Source of the DNA: Candidatus Heimdallarchaeota archaeon
GTDB lineage: Archaea; Asgardarchaeota; Heimdallarchaeia; Heimdallarchaeales; Heimdallarchaeaceae
NCBI GenBank assembly: GCA_023705905.1
Contig: BPTK01000005.1
Span: 1-49,815, forward strand
Direction: 5' to 3'
Length of the DNA: 49,815 bases
The notes beneath the pieces were generated by a model, which saw only the letters and a program-made list of their open reading frames with translations, ran no database searches and was not told the DNA's origin. The position numbers and the translations under genes are program-made. Position 1 is the stretch's first letter. Each line of letters begins with the position of its first letter. Of this stretch, positions 27,795 to 36,041 are shown piece by piece.

Positions 27795-29144
27795 CTAGCT
27801 TAGGGTCTTCAAAACATAATCTTTGGCAATCATCAGAGCTTTACAATCATCTGAATTATAAGATATAGCTTTTTCTAAGGATTTTACATCGTTTCGGAGG
27901 TACCAATTGTCAAAGAGAATGATACTTGTTGCACCATCGGTTAGAGGCTCATGCCATTGAAAGCCTAACCAATTAGCAACGTCTTTTAGCGTGTAAGTGT
28001 ATATAGGGAGGATAATGTTCTCCTTGAAAATATCAAAGAGATCTATTGAATGATTTCGTATTTTGTGTACTTCACTTCTTGTGATATTGTATTTATCTAC
28101 AAGATTTATAAAATATTGAGGTTCAGCAGCTGACCAATGATAAAGAGTATAATCATCGTCAATACTTGAAATATAATCTAAAAATGCAACAATCATTGTT
28201 TTTTCTTCTCGAGGAGAATTAGCTAAAAAGGATTTATATTCATCTATCCCATTTTTTCTAATCAGACAACCTATTATCCAAACAAAATCATGATGAGAAG
28301 ATCCTTCAACATCCACAAACAGCTCTATTTTGGGGGTTGGGAATGACATTTTTTTTCTAATTATAGCTTTTTTCTCCATTAAAGATTTAGCTTGTAATTG
28401 AAAATACTCTAAATCTTTTGTAAGAAGACCTTCATCTTTCAGAGTAGAAAGATCGGCTGTTGCTAAGGAAGGAATATCTGTAATATCATGAGAAAACAAG
28501 ACTTTCTTAACCCTCTTTCCAATTCCACTTACTAAGGTTAAATCAAGAGTGTCAGCAGCAAGGTTTCTACAATAGTATCTCCACTCACATACTCTACAAC
28601 CTCTAGTATAATTTGGAGATATTGATTGTTCTCCAGATTTGAGTTTATAGATTAATGGAAGGTCAGATGTGAGTTCAGAAATATAATTTTCAACAGGATA
28701 TTCTGTATCACCATTTTTTGATCGTATAATAAAATAATCTACAGGATTATCATAAAATTCAGATAAGATATAGGTTGCAAAAGTACCTTCCATCATCAAT
28801 GGTTTTCTTGCTCGAGCATTACTTCTAAAGAATGTTGGGATATAGATTGAAGCATCGAAAGGGGAGTTAACATTGCCTTTTTCTAATTTGTCAACTTTAG
28901 AAGCATAACTTCTATTTCCAATCCAACTTTGATTGATGATATGTTTTTCATTATCTATGGCAATACTGGTACCTTTAATTCTACTTGCTAATTGCTTAAA
29001 TGTTAATTCTTTACTTTGACTATCACGCTTTCGAGTCTTCAAAATAGGATGCACACTCATTTCATCCTTAGGTCCATGGTAGCTCAGATAAAGTAACATT
29101 GGACATTTGTAGAATAAACGGATGTCATAATGAGTAATAAGCAT
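27795..29144 (-). CDS. RecB/Cas4-like nuclease domain fused to HhH and DEDDy 3'-5' exonuclease-like domain (TM0106-type architecture)
   Basis: Four Cys in the Cas4 pattern (C14 ... C183-x2-C186-x5-C192). HhH is LVSGIGKRV. The C-terminal RNase-H-like motifs are FVDVEG, YHWSAAE, IDLFD and YNSDDCKAL. Confidence 0.65.
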   Translation of the reverse strand: MLITHYDIRLFYKCPMLLYLSYHGPKDEMSVHPILKTRKRDSQSKELTFKQLASRIKGTSIAIDNEKHIINQSWIGNRSYASKVDKLEKGNVNSPFDASIYIPTFFRSNARARKPLMMEGTFATYILSEFYDNPVDYFIIRSKNGDTEYPVENYISELTSDLPLIYKLKSGEQSISPNYTRGCRVCEWRYYCRNLAADTLDLTLVSGIGKRVKKVLFSHDITDIPSLATADLSTLKDEGLLTKDLEYFQLQAKSLMEKKAIIRKKMSFPTPKIELFVDVEGSSHHDFVWIIGCLIRKNGIDEYKSFLANSPREEKTMIVAFLDYISSIDDDYTLYHWSAAEPQYFINLVDKYNITRSEVHKIRNHSIDLFDIFKENIILPIYTYTLKDVANWLGFQWHEPLTDGATSIILFDNWYLRNDVKSLEKAISYNSDDCKALMIAKDYVLKTLS

Positions 29145-29195
29145 TGTAGAAGGAAAAATTATTGTAATCTTAAAAGATTTGCAAACAAGAGAAAA

Positions 29196-30584
29196 TCAGA
29201 GATTTTTCATCATCTCATCAATTCCAGGTTCTACTCCTTGTAGGACCATATATCCTCTAGGTCCTTCTCTTGTTGTAATCTCTCCTGCAATGTTTGTAAG
29301 CATTATATCTCTTACCTCATCGATATTACTAGTATGACCTAAAGCCCAACTAAGTTTTGTGTAAGCTGCTGAAGGTAACATATTCTCACCTTCAATAACA
29401 CCTCTTGCTAGCATGTCTCTCCCTGTCTCATAAACTCTCAATTGGGCGAAGCCGTACAGAGGTTCCACAACCATAACGACGGGGATTTCTTCTTCTTTAC
29501 ATCTCTCTAAAGCTGGATAAACATCTGTTCCAACATGCCCTAAACCAGTCCCTATCATCACAACACCATGATAACCAAGATCCACCATAGATTCTAACAG
29601 GTCAGGATTCATTCCAGGATAGAAGTACAGCATCCCCACACGAGTATCTATCTTTGAATCTAGATAGAAATCTTCTCTAGGTTTTCGAGGAGAAATATCA
29701 TCTTTGAACCATGTAACTCCAGTATCATCAATTTTGCCTAGAGGGATATCGGATAATGTTCTAAAAGTATCACGTCTAGCAGAATGCATTTTTCTGCATC
29801 TAGTAGCACGATGAATAAGATTGTAACTGTCACTAGGTGTACCGTGCATAGCAATTACAACCTCACCGAAATTTTCATAGCCAGAAAGTTGAGCAGCATA
29901 CAGTATATTCCTTGGTCCATCAGAAGAGGGTCTATCTGAACTTCTTTGGCTACCAACTAAAACTACAGGAACAGGCAAGTTTCGGAGGAAAAAGGATAAG
30001 GCACATCCTGTAACACACATAGTATCAGTCCCATGTCCGATGACTATACCATTCGCTCCTGATTCAATTTCTTTAGCAATAGCTTCAGCTGTTTTAACCC
30101 AGTAATCTGGTTTGAAATTTTCACTCAATATCTGATAAAGTGTTTTTGGTGTCAGATTTACAGTTGAGATTAATTCAGGAACTGCAGAAAATAGTTCATC
30201 AGGTGTAAAAGCAGGTAGCACAGCACCAGTTCTATAATCCAATCTTGAAGCAACAGTTCCTCCAGTACCTAGAAGAGTTACATTCGGAAGATCTTTCTTG
30301 AATTCCACATCAATATGAGGTAGTTCATAGTTTCCTTTGTGAAAACCTATTTCCTTAATAGTTACATCTTCATCAATTAAAACACCTAAGTTGTAACCTG
30401 TGTCAACTTTTAGTGTTACATAATCATCATCAGTATGTTGACTGCGTGGAAGAAGTAACCCTTCATATTCAGCATCACCCTTCTTGATAGAGACTTTGCT
30501 CCATGTTCTTATTTTATCTTTAATTAATCTTTCACGCAATGCTCCTCTGTAACCTTCAGGTTCTCCATTACCATTTTTACTCAT
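29196..30584 (-). CDS. gatD: Glutamyl-tRNA(Gln) amidotransferase subunit D
   Basis: Asparaginase-like motifs GTGGTVAS and HGTDTM, plus the archaeal GatD N-terminal domain. The ATG at 30584 lies 1 nt after the gatE stop and is preceded by AGGAGG. The ORF-track start at 30605 is TTG. Confidence 0.9.
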   Translation of the reverse strand: MSKNGNGEPEGYRGALRERLIKDKIRTWSKVSIKKGDAEYEGLLLPRSQHTDDDYVTLKVDTGYNLGVLIDEDVTIKEIGFHKGNYELPHIDVEFKKDLPNVTLLGTGGTVASRLDYRTGAVLPAFTPDELFSAVPELISTVNLTPKTLYQILSENFKPDYWVKTAEAIAKEIESGANGIVIGHGTDTMCVTGCALSFFLRNLPVPVVLVGSQRSSDRPSSDGPRNILYAAQLSGYENFGEVVIAMHGTPSDSYNLIHRATRCRKMHSARRDTFRTLSDIPLGKIDDTGVTWFKDDISPRKPREDFYLDSKIDTRVGMLYFYPGMNPDLLESMVDLGYHGVVMIGTGLGHVGTDVYPALERCKEEEIPVVMVVEPLYGFAQLRVYETGRDMLARGVIEGENMLPSAAYTKLSWALGHTSNIDEVRDIMLTNIAGEITTREGPRGYMVLQGVEPGIDEMMKNL

Positions 30585-30585
30585 C

Positions 30586-32532
30586 TTAACCATCCTCCTT
30601 TGCAAATATCATTTGTCTAATTTTCTCAACTAACACTTTGCCCTCAAAATGGTAATTAAGTTCCTTTAGAACTTCTCCAGTAATCTTACTTAGAACTAAT
30701 TCTTGATATTCTTCAAACTTTTGTATTTGGTTTAGATCATATTTATCAATTTTTGATCGGATTATTTTTCCTATTTCTTCGTCAGAGCGCTTAGGTAATC
30801 CAAATTTTTTCTTAAGCTGCTCCTCTGTAGATTCAGGCTTTTCAACCAGATAATCTAGAACCAAATACAGTTGCTCTTTGAAGATGCTTTTATTAGCTAA
30901 AACTCTTGCAAGTTTATCAACAATTTCAGTTGTTAGAATGATATTATTTCTCCTCTTCTCTCTAGGAAGGGTAACGAGAAGTTTGTAAGAGAGGTTGTGA
31001 TCCAACTGCAATTGTTCTGTATATTCAATAAATTTCTCTAATTTTTCATCTCTAATCAATAAATCGACATGTTGATGATCAAAACCATACTTCTCATGTA
31101 GTTCATCGAAAACTTCCCATGGTTTCTTGCCGATATTTTTTGTTAGTTCTTTAATTTTATCTAACGAAATAACTATAGGGGGAGTATCAGTATCAGGATA
31201 GATACGATCTTTGCCATGAATCACTCTCAAGAACTCAGAGTTACCATTTATGAGAAATCGTCTAGTCTCTTGAGGTACTCCATCGAGCGCCATTTTTACA
31301 CGTTCAACAATTTTCTTCATTGCATGGAGAGCTCTTTTTTCAGGTCCTTTAACTACAATGAAGGCATCATTTTCTTTTGGATTAAGCACGGAACATATCT
31401 TTGAATATGTTTCTTGGTTCATTGGTAGGTCGCTAGGATGGTCGGAATTTATTCGTAATGCACCATCTTGATTTTCATCGCTATGAAATTGATCTTTTCT
31501 AGGAATGCCTGTTATCAGCATACTTTTTTCAAATATTTCAATACCAAAATCCTTGTTTGGTTGCACTTCAGTTCCAAAAAGACCCTTCATCTTTGGAAAA
31601 ATAGTAGCAAAAAATTTTTCGTCAGTATCAAAAAATTGCGAAATATCCACATAAGTGTGTTCAAAATCACCCTTCTTTATACCACGTTGTAACATTTCCT
31701 TTTTTATTTCTATGAGTGCATGTTGTCTGACAACTTCATGACGACACATAATGTCAAATTTATCTAAATCTTGAACTCCTTTAAGTTCAACTCGATCGCC
31801 TCCAGTGATGCTTATGTTGACGTCTTGTCTAGCAGCACCACTTCCTCTTCTACCAATCTTACTTAGTCTTAATACTCGACCTATTTGTTTTGCAGTTTCT
31901 AGAAGCTCTTCAGGATTATCTACATCAGTATATTCTGTTATGATTTCTGTTAACGGAATACCTAATCGATCTAAGTTGTAATATACAGTTCGATTGGAAG
32001 TATTCTCCCAATTCACTCGTCTAGCAGCGTCTTCTTCAATATGAACGTTGGTAATTCGAACTTTCTTACCATTAACTGGAACCCACCCATCTCTAGCACA
32101 AATAAAAGTTCGTTGGAAACCAGTTGTAATAGATCCATCGAGATATTGTTTTCTGTTAACAACTATTTCCTCGGCAAATGCTGAACTGTCAAAATATGCA
32201 GCAAGAATAAATCCATTTTCTATCATTTCCATATCTGGGAAGAAGGGAGGGGTTTCATCCATATCATAAGTGCATGTATTCCTCTCATTGGCAAGATATA
32301 TGACCTTGTAACCTTTCTCAAATTCTACAAGCATACCAGGGTCAAAATCTCCCATCTCACCTAGTACAGGACGAAAATATCGATAAAAACTATAGTCCAT
32401 GTTTTCAGGATTTTCTTCTAATATAGGAGGGCAATTACAAAATAGTTTTCTTTTGGATTTTAACTGGTGATGAACTTCAAGCCCAGCATGGAATCCTAAT
32501 TTTTTGAAATCGAGATTGGAAGGGTCTAACAT
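30586..32532 (-). CDS. gatE: Glutamyl-tRNA(Gln) amidotransferase subunit E
   Basis: GFHAGLEVHHQL...LFCNCP N-terminus, the GatB/E cradle domain and a C-terminal YqeY-like tail. It lies immediately upstream of gatD. Confidence 0.9.
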   Translation of the reverse strand: MLDPSNLDFKKLGFHAGLEVHHQLKSKRKLFCNCPPILEENPENMDYSFYRYFRPVLGEMGDFDPGMLVEFEKGYKVIYLANERNTCTYDMDETPPFFPDMEMIENGFILAAYFDSSAFAEEIVVNRKQYLDGSITTGFQRTFICARDGWVPVNGKKVRITNVHIEEDAARRVNWENTSNRTVYYNLDRLGIPLTEIITEYTDVDNPEELLETAKQIGRVLRLSKIGRRGSGAARQDVNISITGGDRVELKGVQDLDKFDIMCRHEVVRQHALIEIKKEMLQRGIKKGDFEHTYVDISQFFDTDEKFFATIFPKMKGLFGTEVQPNKDFGIEIFEKSMLITGIPRKDQFHSDENQDGALRINSDHPSDLPMNQETYSKICSVLNPKENDAFIVVKGPEKRALHAMKKIVERVKMALDGVPQETRRFLINGNSEFLRVIHGKDRIYPDTDTPPIVISLDKIKELTKNIGKKPWEVFDELHEKYGFDHQHVDLLIRDEKLEKFIEYTEQLQLDHNLSYKLLVTLPREKRRNNIILTTEIVDKLARVLANKSIFKEQLYLVLDYLVEKPESTEEQLKKKFGLPKRSDEEIGKIIRSKIDKYDLNQIQKFEEYQELVLSKITGEVLKELNYHFEGKVLVEKIRQMIFAKEDG

Positions 32533-32752
32533 TTGAACTGATTTAACGAAGCTAATGCGGTTTTAAATTTTCTTCAATGTAACATGTTTGGAAGAAAATA
32601 TTTCTAGATAAAAAATTTGTAATTAGGATATTGTCAGAAAGGTATGTAGGAGGACGTTAAAGGCATTTCATGCAGTTTAAGTAAAATGCAGTATCATCCG
32701 AATTATCAAAATCATTATAAGCAATAAGATTCAGAGTAAGATAGACACAACA

Positions 32753-33283
32753 ATGGCAAGCTATAAGTACACTTTCAAGATTCTTTTACTCGGAGATGGA
32801 GCTGTTGGAAAAACAAGTCTTGTTCAAAGATTTATACACAACAAATTCCAATCTGGTTATCTTATGACAATCGGAATGGAACCATATTCAAGATTTGAAA
32901 CTATCAAAGATACAAGAATATGCCTCCAATTATGGGATATTGCAGGTCAAGACCGTTTTGCTTCAATGCGACAAATCTTTTTCAAAGGTAGTTTAGGGGC
33001 TCTTGTTACATACGATATTACTCGACGTCAATCTTTTGAGAATCTTAAGACATGGATAAAGGAAGCTCAAAATGAAAGTCCTCGCATCATGCTTATGCTT
33101 GTAGGTAATAAAAACGATTTAGAAGATCTTCGTGACGTTTCAACAGAAGAAGGAAGAAAATTTGCTAAGGAATCTGGGTGTATTGGTTTTATTGAAACTA
33201 GTGCAAAAAACGGTGCAAATGTTGCAGAAGCTTTCATAACAATGGGAGAAGAAATCCTTACAGGTGTAGAAAGCCAAGATTAA
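32753..33283 (+). CDS. Rab/Ras-like small GTPase (Asgard-type)
   Basis: G1 GDGAVGKTS, switch I TIG, G3 WDIAGQDRF, G4 GNKND, G5 ETSAKNGANV. It is very close to the eukaryotic Rab consensus and has no C-terminal Cys. Confidence 0.85.
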   Translation: MASYKYTFKILLLGDGAVGKTSLVQRFIHNKFQSGYLMTIGMEPYSRFETIKDTRICLQLWDIAGQDRFASMRQIFFKGSLGALVTYDITRRQSFENLKTWIKEAQNESPRIMLMLVGNKNDLEDLRDVSTEEGRKFAKESGCIGFIETSAKNGANVAEAFITMGEEILTGVESQD

Positions 33284-33813
33284 TCCCAATACATTTCATC
33301 TTTATTTTCTGTAAATTGTGTTTGATCATTAGAGATAGGTGGATCTATTTTTGCAAGTTGTTTTCTGATTCTTCTAGAGCTAATTATTATCCCTTTCTCA
33401 TCATAAACAAAGGGTACAACTAAGATTATTAGCTGATCCAGTTTATTCATAGTTCTCAATTTATTGATATCAACAGCTGTAGGGTATGTTTCTTCGGTTA
33501 CAACAATGCCTTCAGCATCAGGAGATGATAGTGCAAACCCATATCTATCTTCAATTGCTATTATCTCGAATTTTTTGCATCCTCTTGAAATAAGATATTC
33601 TCGTAGTGTTTCTTTTCTCGTTTCAATAGGTTGCATTAGATTGACATGTTTGTCGCTTCGACGCAAACTTTTGGCAAAAGATTCTGTAGTGATACCAATT
33701 CTTACAAAAAAACCAAAGGTAATAGCTGCTTCTAATAAAGCTTTATGTCCTTGATGAAGATGATCAAAAGTTCCTCCCATAATTACTTCATCAACCCACG
33801 GCACAGTTTTCAC
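33280..33813 (-). CDS. Phosphopantetheine adenylyltransferase, archaeal/eukaryotic type
   Basis: IMGGTFDHLHQGHKALL cytidylyltransferase-fold (H/T)xGH motif and ISSRRIR near the C-terminus. The GTG start at 33813 is retained because the first ATG would delete beta-strand 1. Confidence 0.75.
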   Translation of the reverse strand: MKTVPWVDEVIMGGTFDHLHQGHKALLEAAITFGFFVRIGITTESFAKSLRRSDKHVNLMQPIETRKETLREYLISRGCKKFEIIAIEDRYGFALSSPDAEGIVVTEETYPTAVDINKLRTMNKLDQLIILVVPFVYDEKGIIISSRRIRKQLAKIDPPISNDQTQFTENKDEMYWD

Positions 33814-33892
33814 CTTCTTGATAATGTACTATAGATTCTAACTTTGCTTTAAATCTTCCTTAAAAGCTATAACAATTATTTTAAAAAAATCA

Positions 33893-33980
33893 TGGTGCCG
33901 CGAGCCGGAATTGAACCGGCACCTAAGGAATTTTGCTGATTATCCACAATCCTCAACGCTAACCATTACGCCATCGCAGC
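33893..33980 (-). tRNA. tRNA-His (anticodon GUG) with 13-nt intron at 37/38 and encoded CCA
   Basis: - Folded by hand. The acceptor stem is GCUGCGA/UCGCGGC.
- The D stem is GCGU/GCGU with loop AAUGGUUA.
- The anticodon stem is GAGGA/UCCUU.
- The anticodon loop is UUGUGG^...^U.
- The T arm is GCCGG-UUCAAUU-CCGGC.
- The discriminator is A, followed by CCA.
- The intron AUAAUCAGCAAAA forms a 4-bp helix (UUGU with GCAA), flanked by the 3-nt bulges GGA and AAU. This is a bulge-helix-bulge fold. Confidence 0.8.
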
Positions 33981-34005
33981 AATACAATACCTTCATTCTG
34001 CTACT

Positions 34006-34018
34006 CTTTTTTAAAAAT
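34006..34018 (-). promoter_or_regulatory. TATA-box-like element upstream of tRNA-His
   Basis: On the minus strand, TTTTTAAAAAAG ends about 26 nt upstream of tRNA position +1. That is the usual archaeal TATA spacing. Confidence 0.35.
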
Positions 34019-34080
34019 TGTTGTTGGATACTAATCAATCTAATGGGTACATTTTTATTTATTGCTTTTTTTCTTTCTTT

Positions 34081-34560
34081 ATGGGCGCTGGTAAAATTAT
34101 TGTACAATTGCATAACTTCAGCAGTATCAACCTTTGTCGAGAATTTGCTAAGATTTCATTAGGTTTAGGTGCAAGAGACATAATTTTCACAAAAGCTGTG
34201 GGAACTGGTGCTACTACAGGTGTACCAATGGCACAAAAGTTAGCACATGCAAAGAAAGCTAATGTTTTGTATCTTCAAGAAATAGAAGATGCTATTGAAC
34301 TTGCTTCACCTGACGAAGTATATTTATTCATTAAGCGACCTTTCTCAAAGGAAATTTTTAACCCAGATAATATCATTGAATCTTATAAAGGAGGAAAAAC
34401 TATTCTGCTCATCTTTGGTGGAGCTGATCCAGGCATAACAAAAAGAGAGTTAGAGTTAGGCGTTCCCGTTTACTTCAATAAGGTTAAGGATCTAGGTTGT
34501 TTAGGAGAAGTAACCTTGTCACTTTATTTATTAAGAAATCTAATTGAAGAAGAGGATTAA
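34081..34560 (+). CDS. Conserved archaeal protein, possibly DUF531/SPOUT-like
   Basis: KIIVQLHNFSS.....EFAKISLGLGARDIIFTKAVGTGATTGVP.AQKLA pattern recalls the archaeal DUF531 family (often mis-annotated as a RecB-family nuclease). ATG at 34081; the longer track ORF begins inside the tRNA promoter region. Confidence 0.45.
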   Translation: MGAGKIIVQLHNFSSINLCREFAKISLGLGARDIIFTKAVGTGATTGVPMAQKLAHAKKANVLYLQEIEDAIELASPDEVYLFIKRPFSKEIFNPDNIIESYKGGKTILLIFGGADPGITKRELELGVPVYFNKVKDLGCLGEVTLSLYLLRNLIEEED

Positions 34561-35093
34561 ATTACATCTTCTTCCTGAATGATCAACCTAACTAGGTTTG
34601 TGAATGCTACTTCTGCATTAGTTCCATTTTTAGCAGAAGTAAAAAGAAATTCTGCATTAGTGTGATCTTCAACAATTTTCTTCATATCCTCTTCTGTTAC
34701 TTGAAGTTCAGCAAGATCACATTTGTTTGCCAAGAAAATAATGGGTTTCACCCCTACCACCTCAATAAACGATTCAACCCAAGATTTGAGGTTTTCATAA
34801 GTAGTCATGTTTGATGCATCACAGACTGCAAGAGCGCCTTTACTCCCAAAATAATACTTGCTTCTAACCTTTTTGAATACATCTTGACCCCCTACATCCC
34901 AAATTGCTAAAGTTACCAAATTATTAAGATATTCTACTTCTTTCTTCATTATAGTTGTTCCTAGAGTAATCTGATATGAAGGATCAAACATATTTGTAAC
35001 AAATCGCCTAACTAATGATGTTTTACCTACTCTTGCATCACCAATAAGTACTATTTTACTTGTAGAATGTATTTTCTTGGACACAAATCTCAC
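34557..35093 (-). CDS. Rab/Ras-like small GTPase (Asgard-type)
   Basis: G1 GDARVGKTS, G3 WDVGGQDVF, G4 ANKCD, G5 TSAKNGTNAE. There is no C-terminal Cys. The apparent start is GTG, with no in-frame ATG before the P-loop. Confidence 0.85.
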   Translation of the reverse strand: MRFVSKKIHSTSKIVLIGDARVGKTSLVRRFVTNMFDPSYQITLGTTIMKKEVEYLNNLVTLAIWDVGGQDVFKKVRSKYYFGSKGALAVCDASNMTTYENLKSWVESFIEVVGVKPIIFLANKCDLAELQVTEEDMKKIVEDHTNAEFLFTSAKNGTNAEVAFTNLVRLIIQEEDVI

Positions 35094-35145
35094 TTACGTA
35101 TAATATTTATCAATCTAATATTTATGTATGTTTATGTTTTTCCAC

Positions 35146-36000
35146 TCACTTCTCGGAATAAAAAGCAGCTGAACCATATCCTACAACACTACTTCTATCA
35201 CCTGATGTATCGCCTGAAGTCGCATATTGTAGAAGCTTAGCTTGTTTTCTTCCCATTCTCTTAGCTGCTTCAATAGTTCCAGCTATTGGTCCAATACCGC
35301 ACATTGAAACGGTTAATCGGGATTTAATATCATACATCTCTTTCGTATTCATCTGTTCAATGGCTTCCAATATCAGATTGTCCTTCTTAGTGGCGATGCT
35401 ATGAGATTCAAAGTGTGTGAAATCACTACTTGCTATAACAAGAACATTTTTTCCATGACTCACCTTTGCTATAATCTCACCAAGCACCATACTCGCATCA
35501 TAACTTTGATTGAGTAAAACAATTGGTACAAAATTAAATGGTTCATCGAAGAGATATTGTAAGAAAGGAAGTTGAACCTCTATCGAATATTCACGCGCAT
35601 GAGAATCATCGCTCTTTCGTATTAAGCTTGAGTAATTTACTAGTTCTTCAATTAGTTCATGGTTAACTTCAACTTCACCTAAAGGAGTTCTCCATGATTC
35701 AACCTTGTTTGGGACTCCTATATCAGCACCGAATCCAGTATGATTAGGACCAAGAATTATTACAGTGCTAGGAGGAGGGTATTTGCTGAGTTCCAAATAA
35801 CTCCATGCTGCGACAGGACCACTATAAATATAACCTGCATGTGGGACTAAAAGGAAAGGAAATAGGCCAGTTTCAACTGGTTCCTTATGAGGGAGCTGTT
35901 GAGGACCAAGAGAACTTGTGAAACTGTTTTCAATTGCTTCGTTGAGACCATCTGAATTACCAGGATAAAACGAACCCGCATATTGAGCGTTCCTTATCAT
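35146..36000 (-). CDS. MEMO1-family protein (AmmeMemoRadiSam system protein B)
   Basis: R.A.YAGSFYP N-terminus, VPHAGYIYSGPVAA, SSDFTHF and CG.GPI motifs typical of the MEMO / extradiol-dioxygenase-B-like fold. Confidence 0.85.
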   Translation of the reverse strand: MIRNAQYAGSFYPGNSDGLNEAIENSFTSSLGPQQLPHKEPVETGLFPFLLVPHAGYIYSGPVAAWSYLELSKYPPPSTVIILGPNHTGFGADIGVPNKVESWRTPLGEVEVNHELIEELVNYSSLIRKSDDSHAREYSIEVQLPFLQYLFDEPFNFVPIVLLNQSYDASMVLGEIIAKVSHGKNVLVIASSDFTHFESHSIATKKDNLILEAIEQMNTKEMYDIKSRLTVSMCGIGPIAGTIEAAKRMGRKQAKLLQYATSGDTSGDRSSVVGYGSAAFYSEK

Positions 36001-36041
36001 ATGTTGACAAATGAATTAATGAATAAAAAGTATGCCCTCAA

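Noticed and set aside
33814-34080. The tRNA gene as a possible integration hotspot or genomic-island border.
   Set aside because: There is no integrase, transposase or phage gene on either side. I saw no direct repeat of the tRNA 3' half nearby. The flanking genes are housekeeping (PPAT) or typical lineage genes.
33911-34162. 83-aa plus-strand ORF, and the N-terminal 21 codons of the 34018 ORF.
   Set aside because: They overlap the tRNA-His gene and its promoter. The downstream protein has a family-typical N-terminus from the ATG at 34081.
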